From the IMG/VR virus record IMGVR_UViG_3300037313_002205, positions 1 through 58,470 of that record: 58,470 nucleotides of DNA. The stretch is one strand, 5' to 3'. The position numbers and the translations under genes are program-made. Source of the stretch: a virus. Taxonomy: Duplodnaviria > Caudoviricetes. Shown one piece after another: positions 8,657 to 16,790 of the stretch (position 1 is the first letter of the stretch; each line of letters opens with the position of its first letter). The notes beneath the pieces were generated by a model, which worked only from the letters and a program-made list of their open reading frames with translations, was not told where the DNA came from and searched no databases.

Positions 8657-10486
8657 ATGCAGCAGAAGGTAAAGTATATCACCAACAAGGACCTGTTGGC
8701 CGAGATCAAGGTATGCAAGGCGAGTTTCTGTGCGTTTGCAGCGCCGGAATATGCCAGTTACGACATCATCGTCGAGCATGAGGACATGATCACCGCCAGT
8801 TTGTTGGCAGAAGTATTGGCGGAGAAGGCTGGGCCGGTAGCCGCAGATACAGTGGTTTTCCGCGTCATGACCGACGCCCATCTGCCGCCGATCGACGACA
8901 AGTACAAACGCCGGCGAACGATTGAGGGTCAATTAGCGAAGACTAATTTTACGCCGTTCCGACACTTTATCGTCCGTGATGGCCAACTGATAGAAGTAGG
9001 GCGCTCTCACTGGCTCGGTGACTTCGAGAACGGCGGCTTTTACGTGGCGCACGGAAAGATTTCCGACCGACTGGCACGAATGTTTATGTTATTAGTTGAA
9101 CAATATGCCCGCAGGGGTAATTGGAGAGGCTATTGTGTGGATGCTCAGACGGAGGCACTGACGCAGCGCGGGTGGCTGACCGGCGATGAGATCAATGAAA
9201 GCGACATGATCCTGTCGTATGATGCCTCTGATGGGAAAATGAAGTGGTCGCGCATCAAATCGATTTACCGTGGTGATTACGATGGAAAGATGTTCAAGCT
9301 GGACGTCGTGGGGATGGACGCTTTGGTAACACCGGGCCACAAGTTCATTACGAGCAAAGGATTGAAGGAAGTTGATTACCTAATCGATAAGGATCGCGTT
9401 ATTCTCATGGGCGACCCTGTTGAGGGTGGTCCTGGAACCTATAGTAATGCATTTGTCGAACTAGTAGGGTGGACCGTGACGGAGGGCAATTACTACGAGG
9501 CGCCAGATCGCAATTACACACGCCTCACGGTCTATCAGAATGAAGGTCCGAACGCTGCTCGGATCAGGAACTGCATCAGCACTTTAGGAGGAACCGCTGG
9601 TGAAACTGAGAAGCTGCTAGAAACCGGCAACATCAACATCGGTTTTACGTTGTCGAAGGAAATATGCGAGCAGATCGTGAGTGTAGCTCCTGGCCGTATT
9701 ATGTCCATGCCATTCCTGTTGTCGTTGACCGAGTCCCAGCGCGAACTGCTGATCGATACGATGGTGAGCGCGGACGGATGTCGGACGAAACTATTCGGTG
9801 AAAATCTAAAGTATGGCGGCTACCGGCGTTTCAACCAAAAAGAGAAGCCCGCTCTGGATGCGTTCTTGGCTCTATGCACGATGAACGGCCACCGGACATC
9901 AACTCACCATCGAGAGATTGTCTCGTACGGAAAGCCAACGACGATCAATGTTGTGAATATTTTTTCCAGACGTGACCGCTGTCGCGCCTCGATGATGGAA
10001 AATGTTGATCTACACGGCGGAAAACGCAATGGACGCTCCCATCCAGGGCGTGGGAAGTTGGCGCACCCAAACCAACCAACGTTCGACTATAAGGGTCGCG
10101 TATGGTGCCCAGAAACTGAGTATGGTTCCTTCATGGCTCGACGGAATGGAACAATCTACCTCACGGGCAACAGTTACAATGACGAAATGAGAAGCCACGC
10201 TCTTATGCAACTGGCGCAGGTAGGATTGCAGTTTGATGAGTCGCGCAGTGCGAATCCTTTCTCATTTTACACGCAAATAATCAAAAATTGTTTCAGAAGA
10301 ATTTTGAATGTCGAGAAGAGGTCCTCTCAAATACGTGATGACATGCTCATAATGGCCGGAGCTATGCCGAGCCACACACGTCAAGTAGAAAATGAATTAG
10401 ATCAGCGGGATCAACTGGCATCGCCAGAAAAGGCGGGCAAGCGCGGGCGAAAGCCGAAAAATATTGCGGATGAACGTGACGATTAA
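8657..10486 (+). CDS. Late-transcription sigma factor (T4 gp55-like), intein-containing
   Basis: KYITNKDLLAEI N-terminus; RGNWRGY|SYNDEM; FDESRSANPFSFYTQIIKNCFRRILNVEK. Confidence 0.9.
   Translation: MQQKVKYITNKDLLAEIKVCKASFCAFAAPEYASYDIIVEHEDMITASLLAEVLAEKAGPVAADTVVFRVMTDAHLPPIDDKYKRRRTIEGQLAKTNFTPFRHFIVRDGQLIEVGRSHWLGDFENGGFYVAHGKISDRLARMFMLLVEQYARRGNWRGYCVDAQTEALTQRGWLTGDEINESDMILSYDASDGKMKWSRIKSIYRGDYDGKMFKLDVVGMDALVTPGHKFITSKGLKEVDYLIDKDRVILMGDPVEGGPGTYSNAFVELVGWTVTEGNYYEAPDRNYTRLTVYQNEGPNAARIRNCISTLGGTAGETEKLLETGNINIGFTLSKEICEQIVSVAPGRIMSMPFLLSLTESQRELLIDTMVSADGCRTKLFGENLKYGGYRRFNQKEKPALDAFLALCTMNGHRTSTHHREIVSYGKPTTINVVNIFSRRDRCRASMMENVDLHGGKRNGRSHPGRGKLAHPNQPTFDYKGRVWCPETEYGSFMARRNGTIYLTGNSYNDEMRSHALMQLAQVGLQFDESRSANPFSFYTQIIKNCFRRILNVEKRSSQIRDDMLIMAGAMPSHTRQVENELDQRDQLASPEKAGKRGRKPKNIADERDD
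9134..10171 (+). mobile_element. Intein (346 aa) with LAGLIDADG endonuclease in gp55
   Basis: Starts CVDAQTEALT, TPGH block B, LVGWTVTEG and MVSADG motifs, ends TGN followed by Ser. Confidence 0.9.
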
Positions 10487-10499
10487 TTATCGTGTCTGA

Positions 10500-11762
10500 A
10501 TGACATGTCCAATAACCATTGAATTAATCATTGATTCTAAAGATGATCCACAGAGAGCCCTCGTTCTTTATGACAAGCTAATAGAATATTATCGCATTAA
10601 TCCGACGCCGCGACATGTGTATTCGGAAATTCACCATATCATTCCGCGTTGTATGGGTGGCAACGACGAGCCGGACAACTTGATCGCGCTCGACGCTGCG
10701 ACCCATTTCGACGCGCATTTGCTACTCGCACTGGCTTATCGCGACCACCAGCAGGCCAAAAAGCTGCGCGGCGCAATTCGCGTGTTGCTTGGAAAATCAA
10801 CGACGTTCTCACGTGTTTTGGCAGAGGCGCCGGAGATGCGCCTGCGCTATCAACAGGTCCGCGACATCGACGCCGCAACATTTTTAGCCAATAAGCAAAT
10901 ATATCTTGATATGATAGCCCAAGGCAAACATCGGCCCCATGAGACGACATATCTTGGTAAGATGCTTAACTCGTACACGAGCAAGGGATGTAGCTACCGG
11001 CCCGGGTTGAAGCAAGAGCTTATTGATTCCGGCGGCGAATATTGGTTTCTCGACAGCCGCTTCGAGGCGCAGCGCCAGGAGGCATTGCAACTGGTTCGCG
11101 ATCGTAAACCGCGACCTCTCCTTAACACTAAGCTTGGCCGAGCTTTGTCTCAATATTTGAGTGCTGGAGGTCCGCGCTTCCGCCCGGAGTTCCGCGCTGA
11201 GATTCTCGAAGAAGGCGGTGCTTATTGGTTTTATGATGAAAGATATGAACAGAATCGTGCCGAGCTACTGAGGATGGCGCGGAACGGGCTGGAAAGACCA
11301 AACTTTAAGACGCAATTAGGCGCGGCACTCGACCGATATTGTGTTGTGAACGGCCCAACATATCGTCAGGGCTTGAAGGAAGAACTTGTAGCAGCAGGCG
11401 CGGCCCGCTGGTTTCTCGACCTGCGATACGAAGACAATAAGCGGCAATACCTTGAAATGATCGCGGAAGGCAAGTCTCGACCTCACTTCAGCACTTATCT
11501 TGGGAAGGCCCTCAATAGCTACCTCTCGGACAAGTGTGAAAAATATCGGCCAGGACTGAAGGAGGAACTCATCGCTGCGGGCGGTGCCGAATGGTTCGAG
11601 AACCATCGTCATGGTGCACCGCCTAAAATTGTCACAGACGAGAAGGGGCGCTCGCAAACCATAGTCGAATGGGCGCAGGAACTTGGCGTGACACACGGTA
11701 CGATACGGCTACGTCTGAAAAAGTATGGCAGCCCATATGCGCCGAAAGTACCGGCTGACTAA
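10500..11762 (+). CDS. Free-standing HNH homing endonuclease with four 60-61 aa repeats and C-terminal HTH
   Basis: EIHHIIPRCMGGNDEPDNLIAL...HFDAHLLL; TIVEWAQELGVTHGTIRLRL. Confidence 0.8.
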   Translation: MTCPITIELIIDSKDDPQRALVLYDKLIEYYRINPTPRHVYSEIHHIIPRCMGGNDEPDNLIALDAATHFDAHLLLALAYRDHQQAKKLRGAIRVLLGKSTTFSRVLAEAPEMRLRYQQVRDIDAATFLANKQIYLDMIAQGKHRPHETTYLGKMLNSYTSKGCSYRPGLKQELIDSGGEYWFLDSRFEAQRQEALQLVRDRKPRPLLNTKLGRALSQYLSAGGPRFRPEFRAEILEEGGAYWFYDERYEQNRAELLRMARNGLERPNFKTQLGAALDRYCVVNGPTYRQGLKEELVAAGAARWFLDLRYEDNKRQYLEMIAEGKSRPHFSTYLGKALNSYLSDKCEKYRPGLKEELIAAGGAEWFENHRHGAPPKIVTDEKGRSQTIVEWAQELGVTHGTIRLRLKKYGSPYAPKVPAD

Positions 11763-12088
11763 TTGACCTACCTCGCATTCTGACCACACGTCGTCCAAGC
11801 CTTGGACGACGTGATGCGCATGATCTACCGGTTCGAAGCAGTCTCGCATCGCGTTCTCGGGCGATCGTCATGGGACGCGGGCCGGGTTGTTTCGCAACCC
11901 GGGTATCTCACTAGCAGCGAGATCGAGAAGCGCCAAAGCCCACACAGCAGGCTGCTCGGCCCGTTCGAGCAGTCTCGACAATGCAAGATCAGGCTTCGTT
12001 GGTCCGTGCAGCAGCACGTTTGTTCGTAATGCAGCGCAGCAGTTACGGTGCCGTCGCGAGCCGGCTGGCACAGGTATTTCGTGGCCAT

Positions 12089-12244
12089 CTACGGTAGCCT
12101 CGCGGCACAGTAGGCCATGGGCTGGACAGGCACGAGCGTTGACGCGGTTTCGGTGGGATTGCGGAGGATCAGCAGATCGAGCCCGTTCCTGAGTTCGATC
12201 GCCTCGGTCATAATCTGTTCGATAATGTTGATGAGATCGCGCAT
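12089..12244 (-). pseudogene. Possible decayed gene with capsid-targeting-like N-terminus
   Basis: MRDLINIIEQIMTEAIEL..ILRNPT then early stop; upstream GAAATA may be a mutated TAAATA. Confidence 0.3.
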
Positions 12245-12347
12245 AACGGTTCTTGTTGATGGGTCGCGATATTTCTCGACCATCGCGGGAAGTTGTGCAA
12301 CGAGGTGATCGTGTTCCGATAGGATCACATCGCGCAAGGAGGAGACT

Positions 12348-12866
12348 ATGGCAGGGCCACACACAGCGGCTGATATGGTCGGAACTTGGACGGCAACTGG
12401 CGCCATCGTCAATCCGACCAATCCGAGTGCAGGGGGAGTGACGCAGCAGGCGGTCCTCCAACTCGAACCCAACGGCACTTTTGTCGAGGGTTATCTGCAA
12501 CAGGGTAATCCGGCCGTCGCTTACGCGGGGCTCTGGTCGTATAACCAGACCACACAAAAGATGGCTTACATCATCACTGCTTTCACGCCGTCGAATGGCA
12601 CTGCGCCGGTGCCGTTCAACACCACCGCTTTGACCTCAACTGTGTTCTTCGGCAATAACACCCCGGGCGACCCGACACAGTTCAGCATGAATAATCAACT
12701 GCTGTTCAGCTTTAAAGATCACGGCGTATCACCAAGTGAATTTACCCTGCCGCCGCTGCCGACACCCGGCTCGCGGACGATGCCGCCGACAACGCGCGCC
12801 GCACCGGTGATGTTTCCGCCGGAGAGTGTGACCTCTCCGGCGATACCCGATATGACGCGGAGCTAG
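12348..12866 (+). CDS. Hypothetical beta-rich protein with Pro-rich tail
   Basis: Strong SD AAGGAGGAG; 'MVGTW..LQLEPNGTF..GLWSY' beta-barrel-like pattern. Confidence 0.6.
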   Translation: MAGPHTAADMVGTWTATGAIVNPTNPSAGGVTQQAVLQLEPNGTFVEGYLQQGNPAVAYAGLWSYNQTTQKMAYIITAFTPSNGTAPVPFNTTALTSTVFFGNNTPGDPTQFSMNNQLLFSFKDHGVSPSEFTLPPLPTPGSRTMPPTTRAAPVMFPPESVTSPAIPDMTRS

Positions 12867-13084
12867 CCGCGTTCAAGTTCTCCTTCCCGGCTGGTAATCG
12901 TCGCGCCATCCAATTTCTTCCGGAAGGCCGCGATTGCCATCCGTTTGGCAAATTCGAGGTCGCGCTCCCGTTTCTTGTTTTCCGGCGCAAGGTAGGCGTG
13001 CGCGTACTGCCGTTCGTCTTCGGCGAGGAGTTTCATAATCTCTTCGAGCACCTGTTGTGGCGTGTTGGCTCTGATAACAAGCAT
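12863..13084 (-). CDS. Hypothetical protein
   Basis: GGAGG upstream; helical 73 aa ORF. Confidence 0.55.
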   Translation of the reverse strand: MLVIRANTPQQVLEEIMKLLAEDERQYAHAYLAPENKKRERDLEFAKRMAIAAFRKKLDGATITSREGELERG

Positions 13085-13346
13085 GGTCCTGTGTCCTCCT
13101 CTGAATACCGCCATTGATATATACTGGGTGACTCAAGTTCTCACCACCGTCATCGTCGGCCTCTCGTTGCTCATCATGATGACCGTCGCGCTCCGGGCGG
13201 TGCTACCGAAGGATACTGACGAGACGGTGGCGATGGCTAAGCTGTGCGCCGCCTACTACACCTATGCGGATACGACGCATCGCACCCTCGCGGCCTTGGA
13301 AACACATTGCGTGCGGGATATCCCGGCCCGCCCACCAATCCACTAA
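13062..13346 (+). CDS. Small membrane protein (start uncertain)
   Basis: Hydrophobic segment VLTTVIVGLSLLIMMTVAL. Confidence 0.4.
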   Translation: MLALITSMVLCPPLNTAIDIYWVTQVLTTVIVGLSLLIMMTVALRAVLPKDTDETVAMAKLCAAYYTYADTTHRTLAALETHCVRDIPARPPIH

Positions 13347-13353
13347 ATAACAG

Positions 13354-13776
13354 ATGCGCGAGTTCATCAACCTGTTCGAATCGACTAAGGCCGACAAGAA
13401 AATCGACGGCACCGCGTTCCTTTATATGTCCCCGAAGCCTCCGCACGCAAAGTTCGCTGAGTGTGGCACGTGCGTGCATTTTCGCCCGGAGTCGAAATTG
13501 TGCGCTTTGTTCCGGGACACGGATCAGGTTGCTCCTCAGATGTCCTGCGGACTTTACGCCCACGGGGCGCCCGAAGAAGGCCAGCCTTGTCGGGCGGCTG
13601 TCACCCCGGAAGTAGCTGGGCTCGTTGAAGGTCCCGTGCGCTGCCGCCAGTGTGCGTGGTATGACGGGGCCTGTGGACTGTACGCGACCCTCGTCGAGAA
13701 GCTACCTGACCTGTTCGATCTTGACCCGGAAGTCGATGCTGATGGCTGTTGTAACGGGTGGCAAAAAGGCAAGTGA
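13354..13776 (+). CDS. Tandem HiPIP-like Cys-rich protein, probable internal head protein
   Basis: CxxC..F..C..F..V...SCGLY and CxxC..Y..C...V..DGCCNGW; TAAATA 4 nt upstream; MREFINLFE tag. Confidence 0.6.
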   Translation: MREFINLFESTKADKKIDGTAFLYMSPKPPHAKFAECGTCVHFRPESKLCALFRDTDQVAPQMSCGLYAHGAPEEGQPCRAAVTPEVAGLVEGPVRCRQCAWYDGACGLYATLVEKLPDLFDLDPEVDADGCCNGWQKGK

Positions 13777-13792
13777 CGCGACAGGGCCGCAT

Positions 13793-14101
13793 TCAGGCTT
13801 TCCACACGTCGAACGCAACCTTCCACGACTCTTGAATTGCGCGCTGAGCGGTTCGCTGTTGCGGCGACAACGCAAACAGCTTTTCAACCGCCATGCCAAA
13901 ATATTTCGCCGCCTCCAGGATCATCAGAAGCTCATCAAGGTCAAGCGCTTCAATTTTCGAACTGAGAAGTTCGTCAACTTGAGTAATCCGCGCTGCTTGT
14001 TCGTCAGTGAGTGAAAAGGCCGAGATGATCGGGGTGAATGCTATCCGCCATTCGCCCAGCACCTCGATCGAGTTCTGGATTGTTGTTTCCGTGTTGCTCA
14101 C
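13793..14101 (-). CDS. Hypothetical helical protein
   Basis: ORF in a tightly packed minus-strand run; GTG start inferred. Confidence 0.5.
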   Translation of the reverse strand: MSNTETTIQNSIEVLGEWRIAFTPIISAFSLTDEQAARITQVDELLSSKIEALDLDELLMILEAAKYFGMAVEKLFALSPQQRTAQRAIQESWKVAFDVWKA

Positions 14102-14106
14102 GTGGG

Positions 14107-14403
14107 CTATCCCGAGGCTTGTGCTGCGATAAGCTCCCGCCGCAGCACCGTTATCCGGGCTGCTGGCTGCATGTCGCGAAAACGCTCGAAGTCGGCCGCG
14201 ACAGCGGCACATTCGCGCGGGTGTGCTGCGTTGATGTGCTGGATGATGCGCCCGCGCGCCTTGTTCCCCTCGCGCAACCCGTAGCCCCGACCGACACCAT
14301 GGCGGCCGGTCGGTATCTTCTCGAAGTGCTTGCACAACAAGCAGCCTCGAACAGAAGCCCTCGGCCCTTTCGTTTCGACGTAGAGTAGGTCAGCGGGTAC
14401 CAC
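14107..14403 (-). CDS. Hypothetical protein, possible Zn-binding (CxxC...HxxxxH)
   Basis: CLLC and HINAAH. Confidence 0.45.
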   Translation of the reverse strand: MVPADLLYVETKGPRASVRGCLLCKHFEKIPTGRHGVGRGYGLREGNKARGRIIQHINAAHPRECAAVAADFERFRDMQPAARITVLRRELIAAQASG

Positions 14404-14440
14404 AGGCTTGCTCCATCAATTTGCGAAATTAACGCGGTCG

Positions 14441-14686
14441 CTACGGAAGAGGATCGAACCAGGAATTGCGGGCGGTGAATTCCGCGCCGTTTTCGACCTC
14501 GACCTCAATGTCGCCGTTTGCGTGGCGGTTGAAATACCACCGATCATCAAGTTTCCCCTCGCCCTCGTACCAGAAGCCGTGCCCGGCCAAAGAGACCTTG
14601 TCTCCCCGTTTTATGGCGAGATAGGTGTTTTCATCTATATCGATATGATGGATATCATACCCGTAGTCGATCGTGCATCGGATCAA
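14441..14686 (-). CDS. Hypothetical protein
   Basis: GGAG SD, operon packing. Confidence 0.55.
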   Translation of the reverse strand: MIRCTIDYGYDIHHIDIDENTYLAIKRGDKVSLAGHGFWYEGEGKLDDRWYFNRHANGDIEVEVENGAEFTARNSWFDPLP

Positions 14687-14712
14687 GGCGTGCTCCCTAG
14701 GTCCGCCCGGTT

Positions 14713-14943
14713 CTATGAATAGTCGGCCGGCAGTTTGTCGCCGAGCCTTTCTTCGGCCTCGTGGATGACAGACTGCGCTACTGAAATGACGGCCTGATCA
14801 TCGCCGCCAGCCTCACCCTCAAGCCACGCGCGCACGGGGGCATTGTTGGCCATCGCGTCCTGTACTTCCTGCCAGTCCTTGCTGCGCTTGATGATGCTCA
14901 TCGCAAAGCTAACTGCATCGTCGCGGGTCATGCATTCCTCCAT
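14713..14943 (-). CDS. Hypothetical protein
   Basis: GGAGG SD, operon packing. Confidence 0.55.
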   Translation of the reverse strand: MEECMTRDDAVSFAMSIIKRSKDWQEVQDAMANNAPVRAWLEGEAGGDDQAVISVAQSVIHEAEERLGDKLPADYS

Positions 14944-14947
14944 ATGA

Positions 14948-15130
14948 TCAGCCTCCCCGAAGAGAGGCTGCTTCGTCCCGAAACCGCTGGGCTTGATCCT
15001 TATCGCCCTGCTCTTCCCAGTAGGCCGCCCAGCGCTCGGCGATTTCTGCCCTAGCGAGGGAGAACGCGCGGGTTTCTCCTGCTGTCGGATGCTGAACTTC
15101 GCGGGTCTTCAGGAAGGTGTATTGGTGCAT
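14948..15130 (-). CDS. Hypothetical protein
   Basis: GGAGG SD. Confidence 0.55.
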   Translation of the reverse strand: MHQYTFLKTREVQHPTAGETRAFSLARAEIAERWAAYWEEQGDKDQAQRFRDEAASLRGG

Positions 15131-15156
15131 GTCCGCCTCCGGGTGCTGTGTGTCGT

Positions 15157-15360
15157 TCAGAATTCCGCTTCAGCGGCATCCTTGAGCGCGAAAAACATCG
15201 CGCGGGATACGACCTTGCCATTCACCTTGTATTGCGGGCGGCTTATCCATACCGAGCGGTTAAAGCCGCCGGTTTGGCGAACGCCATCGAAAGAAATGCG
15301 GGCGATTTCGAACCTATCGCCCTTGATTTGCTTATCGAAGGTTACTGTTCGCTCTGCCAT
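15157..15360 (-). CDS. Hypothetical protein
   Basis: GGAAGG SD, downstream of tandem TTGACA boxes. Confidence 0.6.
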   Translation of the reverse strand: MAERTVTFDKQIKGDRFEIARISFDGVRQTGGFNRSVWISRPQYKVNGKVVSRAMFFALKDAAEAEF

Positions 15361-15469
15361 TTCCGCCTTCCGGTGTCACGTCGATCGCCTGTCAACGCGT
15401 ACGTCGAATATACCGATTTCGAAGCGTTTGTCAACTGAGAAAACAATTTTGTCGGTTTCTCGGCAGGTG

Positions 15470-15994
15470 TCAACGCGATCGTGCGCGTCTTTGAAGGCAA
15501 TACAACACGCCCAGAGCGTAGAGCGTGACCGCCGTAGGTTCGGGAATTGGCTCGCGCGGAGCGACCGGGTCACAACATGGCGTCACGCTGATCGGGTAGG
15601 ATAACGGCCCGTCTGCCACATGCGGAGCGACATCAGCGTCGGGCAAATAAACCGCTGCTGTGGCCGGGGCCGCGAAGGCAATGTGATGGGCATTGCTGGT
15701 CCCATTGTCGATCGCCGATCCGCCAAGACCGCCTACCATCAGCCCGTTGAGGGGGGTGGTGAAAGGCGTTTGCTGTTCCGTCGTGGCCTCAGAGGCCGGT
15801 ACAAATTGATTATATGCGGGGGGTACAGTGGGCACAGCGGGGCTAGCCGGTGGCAACATTAGTCCCGTGAGAAGCGCCGGTACAAGCTTACAGCCCCCCG
15901 ACACGTGGGGCAATCTAGCCCATTGAGCGACGGAGGTGGTTACTCGGCGCCACGTACAACCGATCCGCAGCCAATATGTGATAGTCTCCAGCAT
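15470..15994 (-). CDS. PEP-CTERM sorting-signal protein
   Basis: C-terminus PIPEPTAVTLYALGVLYCLQRRARSR: PEP, TM helix, basic cluster. Confidence 0.75.
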   Translation of the reverse strand: MLETITYWLRIGCTWRRVTTSVAQWARLPHVSGGCKLVPALLTGLMLPPASPAVPTVPPAYNQFVPASEATTEQQTPFTTPLNGLMVGGLGGSAIDNGTSNAHHIAFAAPATAAVYLPDADVAPHVADGPLSYPISVTPCCDPVAPREPIPEPTAVTLYALGVLYCLQRRARSR

Positions 15995-16169
15995 GCGAGT
16001 TATATAGCAGGAACATGGCGGGAATCAATTGAAACTATGTTTCAGTAACCAAACGCCCGGAAAATAATTTCCGGAACGATGATTTTTCGCTTGCAAATGT
16101 CCGCTTTTTGCGGCATATTGTGCATATGGCGAGGGAGTTGGTCCCAGCCGATCGGAGGCTCTGAACCCC

Positions 16170-16487
16170 ATGACGACGCAAATTCGCCGCACCCAGATCA
16201 TCGGCACCAACATCGTCGTGTTTTCCGCATGGGAGCCGAGCGCGCTGATGGGCGCACATTCCAGCCTGACGAGCGATGGCAACGGTAACTGGATTGGTCG
16301 GATCGGCACCAACCGTGATCTGCCGTCCGAGATCGAGACCTTGCCGCCAGGAAGTGACGCTCGGATCGAGGCCGTGCGCGGTTGGTACGACGCCCAATAT
16401 GAGCGCGCCTACAGCCTGATCATCACCGCCCATCCAGAGGCGGCGAACGGCACACGTCGTAGCGGTGAAATCGAAATTCGCGTTTAG
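16170..16487 (+). CDS. Hypothetical protein
   Basis: GGAGG SD; followed by terminator. Confidence 0.6.
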   Translation: MTTQIRRTQIIGTNIVVFSAWEPSALMGAHSSLTSDGNGNWIGRIGTNRDLPSEIETLPPGSDARIEAVRGWYDAQYERAYSLIITAHPEAANGTRRSGEIEIRV

Positions 16488-16510
16488 GGGCTTCGGCCCC
16501 TTTTTCTTTT
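16486..16510 (+). terminator. Intrinsic terminator
   Basis: AGGGGC-TTCG-GCCCCT followed by a T run. Confidence 0.75.
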
Positions 16511-16522
16511 GTGGAGGAAAGA

Positions 16523-16717
16523 GTGACGCCCGACCGTCTCGCCGCCGTGCTTGATTTGTTGCATTGGTCAGCCCGTGATCTAGCAGCCGAGGTGGCATTG
16601 AATGAGCGGACCGTGCGGCGCTGGTTGTCCGGCGAGTACGAGGTTCCGGCGCCAATCGGCGCATGGCTGGAAGACCTCGCCGTGTATCATGTCGCACATC
16701 CAGCGCCGAGAAAGTAA
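16523..16717 (+). CDS. Small XRE-type HTH protein
   Basis: WSARDLAAEVALNERTVRRWLSGEYEVP. Confidence 0.8.
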   Translation: MTPDRLAAVLDLLHWSARDLAAEVALNERTVRRWLSGEYEVPAPIGAWLEDLAVYHVAHPAPRK

Positions 16718-16790
16718 GTTAGATGCGCCTATTCACCCTTGCGTGACCGGCGTCGCGGCGCTATGCAGACGTCTGTTCGAGAGGGTCCAT

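Noticed and set aside
16602-16790. N-terminal extension of gp47 in the ORF track
   Set aside because: Overlaps the XRE gene; ATG at 16791 has an SD and matches the expected nuclease start
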